Assembly: GCA_963675785.1 (NCBI GenBank)
Contig: OY776562.1
Span: forward strand, 1,824,001-1,888,000
Length of the DNA stretch: 64,000 nucleotides
Direction of reading: 5' to 3'
Origin: Anaerolineae bacterium
GTDB taxonomy: Bacteria; Chloroflexota; Anaerolineae; UBA1429
This document shows, piece by piece, positions 47,106 through 55,125 of this stretch; position 1 is the first letter of the stretch; the number at the start of each line of letters is the position of its first letter. A program made the translations under genes and the position numbers. Under the pieces are notes generated by a model. That model was given only the letters and a program-made list of their open reading frames with translations, had not been told where the DNA came from and did no database searches.

Positions 47106-49667
47106 CTAACTGACGTCCATATTATCACCGCTGAAATCCTTCAATGGCCACCAGGTAGGGTCATTGGTGACGACCACTTGGGCCACTGCAGAAGTAGCGG
47201 TTCGTGGCACCAGTGTCAGCGAATGCCGTCCCTCAGTCAAGTCAAACAACTCGGGACTGCCAGCCACATGACTACCCAAGGCACTCCAAGACCATTGTCC
47301 CCAACGCCCCCACACCTGCCACTGGCCCACCTTTTGATCATCGATGAGCACATCAAAGAGACTCGGCTGACGTTCCTGATGGGTGGAGATGCCCCAAAGA
47401 GCGTATTGGCCATCCTGAGCCAGCTTGAACTTCCATGTGATCGAACCTTCCGCCCTACTGGCTATGGCAGCACGCAGATCCAGTCCGTCTGGTTGAACCA
47501 GATCCATGTCGGTACGTTTGCCCTTGCGGGCATCGAGCTCTATGCTCTCTGATTTGATAGCCGGCAGATCACAGGCAACTGAAACGGGCAGGGATTCTAT
47601 ACCGGCGCGGTTCACAGCGGTTACGGCATAGGCATAGGTCTTGCCGGGCTGCAAACCCCAGTCCACCAGTTCGGCTTCTACAGGAGAACCTACCAAATTG
47701 TCCTGCCCAAGCTCAGGTTCTGTACCCGGCTGAACACGGTAGACGTTGAAATGGGAAAAACTGTTTAGTCTGAGCTCTTGCCAGGCAATGCGGATGGCAT
47801 TCGCAAAAGCCGGTTCTGCAGTAAGACCTTCTGGTGTAGGCGGCGTATCGCCATCCAACATCGTCATCCTGCCTTCAGGAACATAATCCTCAACATCCGC
47901 CAAAAAGATCATGTCCAGGCATTCCTGGCCTGTTTCAGGTTGGAAGAGAAGCCGGGTCTCGCCAGTGATGAGCTCGTGGGGCTCTTCAGCACGCCCCCAT
48001 GTCCACTCCTCGCTATCGCAAACCAGACGAATCTGTCCATCAGGCAATGTGGCCTTCCATGAGCCCTCGCCACGCACACGCGCCCACAAGTAGAAACTGC
48101 GCGTAGCCGGTACACGCACTGGCAGCCACAGGCGTCCACGCCCCTCGCCACTGCAGCCAATATATGCACCGCTCGAAGCTCCGCTTCTGTCAGAGAGGCA
48201 GGTTAATGGCAGAGTTGGCTCACCCACTTCTGCCTGATAGCGCAAGCAGATCGGTCCTTCCCAGTAAACATCGCCCAACTGATAGACGGGCTGTGTGGGT
48301 GCACTCTCCAAGCCGCTATGCTCTACAGCCGTTACGGCATAACACAACTTTTGATCCTTGCGTAGACCAGAACGCCAGCCCAAGCCACGTTGGGGCTTGA
48401 AACTGAGCAGCTTCCAGGTCAAACCACCATCTGCTGAGCGATAGATGTTGTACCCCATAACCTCACGGGAATGAACGGGCTCGTCCCAGTTGAGCACGAC
48501 ACTTTTCCCATCAATACGCTGCCGCAAGTTGCGCGGCGCATCTGGCTGACGCAAAACAGCCATGTACAAATCCGAAAAATCGCCAATAGCATCGCTATTG
48601 AACACAACCTTGGTGCCATCAGGGCTAGGCGTCGGGTGCGCATGAGTCGTATGGTGATCAGGATGCCAGTTCTGGTGATGGTTATACAGTGAATTATCAA
48701 AGGTGCAGATGCGCTGAATTACGGAAGAGGCATTCAGCGGGAAGGCCAAAACCTGATTAGGATAAATCGCCGATTCTGGAATGCCCCCAATGGTATCAGT
48801 AACGAACCAATCCCCATCCACCGTCGAGGCCCCATGCCCACCGCTGCCCAAATGAGCGATCTCGCGCCGCTCGGTAGAGTCAAGGGGCCAACCCCAAACA
48901 GAGCCCTCATCAAAGAAGGTCAGCTCGGTGCCACCAGTCACCCAATCGGGATGACTGCCAGTGAAGGGGATTTCCTTTCGCTCGGTGCCATCGGGTAGAA
49001 TGGTCCACTGCGTGCGTGGCTGGTCATAATTGAAAAAGATGCGGCAGTCGTCGGACTTGCAGAAACGCAGCCGGTGCCAAGAACGCTCCAACTCTATGGT
49101 TTGCAGCGAGCCATCCAAGCCCAGCACATAAATCATAGAAGGATGATCCGCAATCTCGTGTGAATAGCCCCCATCCTTTTTCCCAAAGAGGAAACACTCC
49201 TCCGAGGGGTGAGGCGGCTGCATCGCGCCAAGATCCTGCTCAACGGCGACTACTTCGATGATCTCACCATCAAAGGGGTTGAGCGCCAACACCCGCGTGG
49301 TATCGTTCTCAACTTGTGCAATTAAGAAACGATCGCGACGAAGCAGGCTCCAATAACCATCCACAGATGGATCATCAGCCGGGGCAGGCATAGGCCGAAT
49401 GTTGCTGCCATCGGCATTCATCAACCAACGGCGGCGCTGGCCGCTTCGCCAGCTGAAAAAACAGATCACCGAACCATCGGCGTTCCAGGCTGGCTTGTCG
49501 TAATAATCGTTTGAATCGATGGCAGGGTCGCAAGTCATGCGCCAAACGATACCGTGTGTGTCTGGATCCACATACACAGAGCGCTCTGAAAGGTAAGCGC
49601 CCTGTCTGCAAGTATCCTCCAAACGCCGCCAACCACTTTGCTGACTTTGGATTAAAAGTTCAGACAT
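47106..49667 (-). CDS. Oligogalacturonate-lyase-like beta-propeller with two Fn3 and two jelly-roll (CBM-like) domains
   Basis: DPDT...VWRMT and H.HP..SPDGTKVVFNSD; Fn3 motifs W..P....GYNIYR and YAVTAV...G.ES, each occurring twice. Confidence 0.7.
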   Translation of the reverse strand: MSELLIQSQQSGWRRLEDTCRQGAYLSERSVYVDPDTHGIVWRMTCDPAIDSNDYYDKPAWNADGSVICFFSWRSGQRRRWLMNADGSNIRPMPAPADDPSVDGYWSLLRRDRFLIAQVENDTTRVLALNPFDGEIIEVVAVEQDLGAMQPPHPSEECFLFGKKDGGYSHEIADHPSMIYVLGLDGSLQTIELERSWHRLRFCKSDDCRIFFNYDQPRTQWTILPDGTERKEIPFTGSHPDWVTGGTELTFFDEGSVWGWPLDSTERREIAHLGSGGHGASTVDGDWFVTDTIGGIPESAIYPNQVLAFPLNASSVIQRICTFDNSLYNHHQNWHPDHHTTHAHPTPSPDGTKVVFNSDAIGDFSDLYMAVLRQPDAPRNLRQRIDGKSVVLNWDEPVHSREVMGYNIYRSADGGLTWKLLSFKPQRGLGWRSGLRKDQKLCYAVTAVEHSGLESAPTQPVYQLGDVYWEGPICLRYQAEVGEPTLPLTCLSDRSGASSGAYIGCSGEGRGRLWLPVRVPATRSFYLWARVRGEGSWKATLPDGQIRLVCDSEEWTWGRAEEPHELITGETRLLFQPETGQECLDMIFLADVEDYVPEGRMTMLDGDTPPTPEGLTAEPAFANAIRIAWQELRLNSFSHFNVYRVQPGTEPELGQDNLVGSPVEAELVDWGLQPGKTYAYAVTAVNRAGIESLPVSVACDLPAIKSESIELDARKGKRTDMDLVQPDGLDLRAAIASRAEGSITWKFKLAQDGQYALWGISTHQERQPSLFDVLIDDQKVGQWQVWGRWGQWSWSALGSHVAGSPELFDLTEGRHSLTLVPRTATSAVAQVVVTNDPTWWPLKDFSGDNMDVS

Positions 49668-49777
49668 TATACAGACCTCCAGATTTCATCACCTAACCCA
49701 ATAAGCCCTGTCTCAGGGCTAGAGCAAAAAATATCCTATCGCACTTGCTTCATTTGGTCAATGCAAAGCTTTATGAA

Positions 49778-49806
49778 TTGAACAAGCCCCCGCGCTGCTC
49801 TATAAT
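49778..49806 (+). promoter_or_regulatory. sigma70-type promoter
   Basis: TTGAAC-N17-TATAAT upstream of the GNAT gene. Confidence 0.6.
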
Positions 49807-49834
49807 CAAGGGACAAAGTAACGGAGGAAAACTG

Positions 49835-50371
49835 ATGATCAGTGGTTCGCGAATTAACTTGCGCCCCTGGTGCAAAGAAGATATCGATCTGTTTATCCGT
49901 TGGTTCAACGACCCCGAAGTAACAATTTATATTGGCAATGCCTTCCCCAACCTTACTCGTGAAGCGGAAGAGCATCTCTATGAAGAGCATGTCAAAGAAA
50001 AAGATCGTACGATGTATGTCATTGAACTCAAAGAGACAGGACAGGCCATCGGCAATTGTTCCTTGTTTGGGATCGATCTCAAAAACCGTTGTGGAGAGAT
50101 CGGCATTGTCATTGGCGAAAAAGACCACTGGTCCAAGGGCTATGGCCGCGAGGCGATCAACCTGTTGCTACAAGTTGGCTTTGATGGCTATGGGCTCAAC
50201 CGCATTCAACTGCGTTATGGCGATTTTAACCGGCGCGGAGAGAACTGCTACAAAGCCGTGGGCTTTAAGGAAGAGGGCCGCCTGAGGCAGGCATGGTACA
50301 TCAAGGGCGAATATTACGACGAGGTCATCACCAGCATTCTTGCGTCAGAGTATCGCGAAAGAATGGACTGA
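49835..50371 (+). CDS. GNAT (RimL/RimJ-like) N-acetyltransferase
   Basis: EIGIVIGEK.HW.KGYG.EA and N.R...CY..VGF.EEG.LR. Confidence 0.9.
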   Translation: MISGSRINLRPWCKEDIDLFIRWFNDPEVTIYIGNAFPNLTREAEEHLYEEHVKEKDRTMYVIELKETGQAIGNCSLFGIDLKNRCGEIGIVIGEKDHWSKGYGREAINLLLQVGFDGYGLNRIQLRYGDFNRRGENCYKAVGFKEEGRLRQAWYIKGEYYDEVITSILASEYRERMD

Positions 50372-50386
50372 GCAGGAGGCACTGGC

Positions 50387-52063
50387 ATGAGGGTTCTACA
50401 ATGGGCGGTAGAAACGCTCCACTTGAAGGCTGCTGCCGAGTATGAAGCGCCGTACCGTTACGATCGACCGCCTGGTTTGCACTGCATTATGCAGCCACAA
50501 GAAGGGGAACCTCTCATCCTGGAAGGTTATTGGGACGGTGGACGCGACTGGACGGTGCGTTTTGCACTGCCCACAGCAGGCCAATGGAGCTGGCAGATAG
50601 AATCGGCCGATGCCGGGCTCAACGGTCTCAGTGGCGAAATTTCTTGCGAACCTATCAACGAAGAAGCCATTAGCAAGAACGCAAACCTCCACGGGCATAT
50701 CCGTGTGGCCCCAAGTGGACGATATTTTGAACACGCCGACGGCACACCTTTCTTTTTGATGGCCGATACCAACTGGGCCATGCCCAGCCTGCGTTGCGCG
50801 CCGGGCAAACAGCATGATGGGCCGTTTTACATTTGGCTGAACGACCGCCTGGAAAAAGGGTTTACGGCGGTGCTCACCACGCTTTTCGACATCGACCAGC
50901 CGAATAGCGGCGGGCATCCCTTCCCCAATAACACGCACTGGCCGGGCGACGGCAGCTATATGCCACTCAACCCCGCCTATTTTCAAGCGCTGGACACCAA
51001 AATGCAGGCTCTATGGGAGGCCGGTCTGGTAGTAGCCTGTCATCCCACATGGATCGGCAAGCAATATGGGTTTGAGCCTGAGGATGCAGCCTGGATATGG
51101 CGCTATTTGCTGGCACGTTACGGCGCCTACAATCTGATTTTTTCGGTGAGTGGTGAATACCATCTTGGCTATGAGGGAAGCGCCGCCTGGCGCCCCTGGA
51201 GTAAAGAAGAATTCAATACCATGGGAGAGATCATAGCCGAAGGAAATGCCTATGGGCATCCGTTGAGCATCCATCCACGTGGCCCCTTGTATGATAGGGA
51301 TGGCGAGATAACCAATATCCACACCGCTTCATCCGGACTGGATTTTCATAATGCGGGTTGGCTGGACCATAACTGGATACAGGGAGGTCAGCATCCGGCA
51401 GTGCTGGTCTATACGCCCACCTTTCTGTGGATGGACTATCGCCGAGAGCCGTCTCGTCCCACCTGGGTAGCCGAAGGTTTCTACGAGAACAACAGCCCCA
51501 CCGGGGCCAGTGCGCGCATGGTGCGCTGGCAAGCCTGGACGAGCTTTTTAAGCGGGGGCTGCGGATTTGGCTACGGCTCAGGTGGTGTATGGCAATTCTA
51601 TGATCCACAAGACCACGCCAGTCATCGCAGCGGACGTTCTAATCAGCCGAGTTGGGATGGCCTGACCTGGAAAGAGGCCCTGAATCGAAGTGGCTCAGAC
51701 CAGCTGCTTTTTCTCAAAGAGTTTATGCAACACATCCCCTGGTGGGAGCTTGCCCCCGCCCAGGATAGACTGGTCATTCGTGGTGGGGACGCTGAAATGG
51801 AAGATGAATCCACACCACGCTGTGCTGCAACGCCCAATAACATTGTGGCGATCTACATCCCCTATGGGAACAGCGGCAAACACATCGGCGTCAAGGGGCT
51901 ACCGCATAGATTCAGGGCAGGCTGGTTCGATCCGCGCAATGGCGAGACCACCTTCTTTGAAAGCCCGCAATGCCGTGCCGATGGCTATGGCTATTGGGAA
52001 TCGCCCAAGGTGCCCAACAAGAGCGATTGGATTATCTGTATTATGCCGGAAATCAACGCTTGA
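50387..52063 (+). CDS. DUF5060/DUF4038 apiosidase-like glycoside hydrolase with C-terminal putative collagen-binding domain
   Basis: W.VRF.....G.W.W, DGTPFF..ADT.W, NP.YF..LD, ARYGAYN, E..YE and W.DPR.G. Confidence 0.8.
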   Translation: MRVLQWAVETLHLKAAAEYEAPYRYDRPPGLHCIMQPQEGEPLILEGYWDGGRDWTVRFALPTAGQWSWQIESADAGLNGLSGEISCEPINEEAISKNANLHGHIRVAPSGRYFEHADGTPFFLMADTNWAMPSLRCAPGKQHDGPFYIWLNDRLEKGFTAVLTTLFDIDQPNSGGHPFPNNTHWPGDGSYMPLNPAYFQALDTKMQALWEAGLVVACHPTWIGKQYGFEPEDAAWIWRYLLARYGAYNLIFSVSGEYHLGYEGSAAWRPWSKEEFNTMGEIIAEGNAYGHPLSIHPRGPLYDRDGEITNIHTASSGLDFHNAGWLDHNWIQGGQHPAVLVYTPTFLWMDYRREPSRPTWVAEGFYENNSPTGASARMVRWQAWTSFLSGGCGFGYGSGGVWQFYDPQDHASHRSGRSNQPSWDGLTWKEALNRSGSDQLLFLKEFMQHIPWWELAPAQDRLVIRGGDAEMEDESTPRCAATPNNIVAIYIPYGNSGKHIGVKGLPHRFRAGWFDPRNGETTFFESPQCRADGYGYWESPKVPNKSDWIICIMPEINA

Positions 52064-52126
52064 ACTATGCAGTGAGACCCCCTGCGACAGTACTTTGAGC
52101 TGATACAAAAGGAATCGATAAGCGAT

Positions 52127-53122
52127 ATGAGAATTGAACACAACCGCCTGGGACATCTTTTGAGCACTGTGTTGCTTTGCAGCACACTGGCCGCAGGCTG
52201 CCAAACCGCTACCAGCACTCCCATGCCTACTGCCACAGCGACAGCCACATTACTGCCAACATCCACGCCGACAACTGCACCAACTAATACGCCAGCACCG
52301 ACGGCAACGCCGATGCCGACAGCCGCACCGCTGCAAATATCGATCTCGGCGCCAGCTAGCGTCCCCCAGGGCGATACCTTGGCGGTGCGCATCGAGACCA
52401 ACAAACCCGCCGAGGTGGACGGCACGCTGGGGGGAATCCCCCTCACCTTTTGGAGCAACGACGATCTGACTCATACGGCATTAGTGGGCGTTTCCGCCAT
52501 TGCTGATCTGGAAGACCTGGCGCTCTATGTGACAGCCACCGACCTCGACAACCAGGTAGTCTCTTTGAACAGCAATGTGGACATTGTGGGCGGCTCGTTC
52601 GAGAGCGAGTACCTCGAATTTGACGAGGAAACCTCAGCCCTGCTCGATTCGAGCTATACCGCGCCAGAGGCCGCTTTGCTCTCGCAGATATACGGCAGTT
52701 TCACCAGTGATAGGTATTGGGACGGCACCTTTAGTTGGCCCGTCTCTGAAGATACGCCCATTACCTCCTACTTTGGCACGCGCCGTTGGTACGGAGACGC
52801 CTTTTATTCGTACCACGCCGGCACCGATCTGGGCGCCGAAGCTGGCACACCAGTACTAGCCTGCGCCGATGGCGTCGTGGCACTTGCTGAGACCTTGTAC
52901 GTGCGCGGCAACGCCGTCATCATCGACCACGGCCAGGGTGTATTCACTGGCTATTACCACATGAGTGAGCTCGATGTAGAAGTGGGCCAAACCGTACACA
53001 CCGGTGACCAACTGGGATTGGTGGGCACAACCGGCCTCAGCACCGGCGCACACCTGCACTGGGAACTGGAAATCGGCGGCATTCCGGTCAACGTGCTCGA
53101 ATGGACCCAAACCGCATACTAG
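52127..53122 (+). CDS. M23-family metallopeptidase, lipoprotein
   Basis: LAAGC lipobox, T/P linker, HAGTD (HxxxD) and TG.HLH (HxH). Confidence 0.9.
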   Translation: MRIEHNRLGHLLSTVLLCSTLAAGCQTATSTPMPTATATATLLPTSTPTTAPTNTPAPTATPMPTAAPLQISISAPASVPQGDTLAVRIETNKPAEVDGTLGGIPLTFWSNDDLTHTALVGVSAIADLEDLALYVTATDLDNQVVSLNSNVDIVGGSFESEYLEFDEETSALLDSSYTAPEAALLSQIYGSFTSDRYWDGTFSWPVSEDTPITSYFGTRRWYGDAFYSYHAGTDLGAEAGTPVLACADGVVALAETLYVRGNAVIIDHGQGVFTGYYHMSELDVEVGQTVHTGDQLGLVGTTGLSTGAHLHWELEIGGIPVNVLEWTQTAY

Positions 53123-53138
53123 AAAGCAGGGTTGCCAG

Positions 53139-53894
53139 ATGACAAGCGTCAGAATTCCCCCTCTGGTTTTCGCTCACCGGGGCGCCCGAGATATTGCCCC
53201 AGAGAACACCTTGGCTGCTTTTCGAGCTGCTATGGATGTGCGCGCGGATGGCATCGAACTGGATGTGCAGCGTTGCGCCAGCGGCGAGATCGTGGTAATG
53301 CACGATAGCAAGGTGGATCGCTGTACTGATGGCACGGGCCTCCTGCGGCAAATGACCTGGGACGAGTTGCAGCGCCTCGACGCTGGCGGCTGGTTCAATG
53401 AGGCATTTCGGGGTGAGCGTCTACCGCTCTTTGAGCAGGTGCTTCAGCTCATCGCCGGCAAATGCCTGCTCAACGTCGAGATCAAAACCAGTAGCGTGGG
53501 CACAGATGGCATCGAGGGCGAGGTCGTTCGCCTTTTGCGCGAATACGCCATGGAAAACTCGACCATCATCTCCTCCTTTAACCCTTTTGCCCTGATTCGC
53601 TGCAAGCATCTGGCGCCGGATATCCCCAGGGGTATCCTGTATAGTGGTGATCTAGCCGTACCCCTGCGCAATCTCTGGCTCAAGGGGCGCATCGCACCGC
53701 AAGCGCTGCATCCCCAATATGACCTGGTCGATAGCGAATATATGGACAAGGCCAAAGGTGAAGGACTCGAGGTCAACGTCTGGACGGTGGACGAGATCGA
53801 GGACATGAAACGCATGGCGCAGCTTGGCGTACACAGCATTATCACCGACCATCCGGGGTTGCTGGTAGAGAAACTGGCCGCTGAAGCGTTCTAG
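53139..53894 (+). CDS. Glycerophosphodiester phosphodiesterase
   Basis: AHRG, PENTLAAF, ELDV, HD..VDR.T, NVEIK, WTVD and ITD.P. Confidence 0.93.
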   Translation: MTSVRIPPLVFAHRGARDIAPENTLAAFRAAMDVRADGIELDVQRCASGEIVVMHDSKVDRCTDGTGLLRQMTWDELQRLDAGGWFNEAFRGERLPLFEQVLQLIAGKCLLNVEIKTSSVGTDGIEGEVVRLLREYAMENSTIISSFNPFALIRCKHLAPDIPRGILYSGDLAVPLRNLWLKGRIAPQALHPQYDLVDSEYMDKAKGEGLEVNVWTVDEIEDMKRMAQLGVHSIITDHPGLLVEKLAAEAF

Positions 53895-53900
53895 GAGGGG

Positions 53901-54437
53901 ATGATGTCTACTCAGGATCACCCGCTGGTTGCACTAGCCCGCGAGACCATTGAGAACCACGTCCGCACGGGCAAGACTATTGCAGCACCTAAAGAATTGA
54001 CTGAGGAAATGAAGCTGCGTCGGGGGGTGTTTGTCTCGTTACACCGCCCCGACGGCGTTTTGCGCGGCTGCATTGGCACTATCGAGCCGATGCGGGTTAA
54101 CGTCGCCGAGGAGATCATCTACAACGCCATCAGCGCCGCCGAGCATGATCCGCGCTTTTCGCCGCTCAGGCCGGAGGAGCTGGAGGGGCTGGATGTCTCG
54201 GTAGATGTGCTCACCGAGCCCGAGGCCATCAGCTCCTTTGACGAGCTGGACCCGCGCGTTTACGGCGTCATCGTGCAGCACGGCCATAAGCGGGGACTGT
54301 TGCTGCCCGACCTAGAGGGCGTCGATACGGTCGAGCAGCAAGTGAGTATCGCCCTACAAAAAGCATGGTTATCACCGCGCGACTCTTATGAGATGTATCG
54401 TTTCCGCGTGGTGCGTTACCACAAACTCGAGGGCTAG
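53901..54437 (+). CDS. amrA: AMMECR1-domain protein (AmmeMemoRadiSam protein A)
   Basis: GVFVSL, LRGCIGT, DPRF.P and RGLLLPDL. Confidence 0.88.
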   Translation: MMSTQDHPLVALARETIENHVRTGKTIAAPKELTEEMKLRRGVFVSLHRPDGVLRGCIGTIEPMRVNVAEEIIYNAISAAEHDPRFSPLRPEELEGLDVSVDVLTEPEAISSFDELDPRVYGVIVQHGHKRGLLLPDLEGVDTVEQQVSIALQKAWLSPRDSYEMYRFRVVRYHKLEG

Positions 54438-55061
54438 CTAAGGGGCAGGCTCCATGATGACTACCTCGGCGGTCTCCCCCACCAATTCTTGAAAGCGCGT
54501 AGCGGTGCGGCGCGTACCAATGATGCCGCCCCAGTGCATGGGCACCACGACCTCTGGCTTTATGCGACGCACTGCCCTGGCGGCGTCTTTTTCATCCATG
54601 GTAAACTTGCCCCCTATGGGCAGCAGCGCCACATCGCAAGTGATGGAATCCATCTCGGGAATCAGGTCCGTATCCCCGGCGTGATAGATGCGCCGGTCTC
54701 CCATATCGACGATATAGCCTACATGCTGGTCATCCCGTGAATGAAAGGGCTTGCCGATATTGTACGCTGGCACTACCTCAAGCGTCACACCACTGCCCAA
54801 ATCCAAGCGATCCCCCGGTTTAATTGTGGTCACCTGGCCGGTCTCGAACTTGTCCGCACAATCCTCCGTACAAATGATGCGCGTCTTGTCAGTCGCCAGT
54901 TTGGCCACGTCCCCAGGAGAACAATGATCGTGATGCCCGTGGGTAATGAGAATCACATCCGCTGGCGCAAAGGTTTCGAGCTTCCAGGGATCGAAATAGA
55001 TGCGTAGCTTGTCATCAAGGCGAAAACTGGCATGTCCCAGCCAGGTCAATCCCTCTAGCAT
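54438..55061 (-). CDS. MBL-fold metallo-hydrolase
   Basis: WLGHASF, THGHHDH, YHAGDT, LPIGG..TM and PMHW. Confidence 0.9.
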   Translation of the reverse strand: MLEGLTWLGHASFRLDDKLRIYFDPWKLETFAPADVILITHGHHDHCSPGDVAKLATDKTRIICTEDCADKFETGQVTTIKPGDRLDLGSGVTLEVVPAYNIGKPFHSRDDQHVGYIVDMGDRRIYHAGDTDLIPEMDSITCDVALLPIGGKFTMDEKDAARAVRRIKPEVVVPMHWGGIIGTRRTATRFQELVGETAEVVIMEPAP

Positions 55062-55125
55062 GGTTCACCTCCATCAATAGATAAGCTGCTTGTATGATAA
55101 AGCCACCCGCCTTGGGGCGCAAAGA

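Noticed and set aside
53901-54437. Complete AmmeMemoRadiSam system
   Set aside because: Only the AMMECR1 gene is present. The Memo and radical-SAM partners are not in the window, and dispersed arrangements are common.
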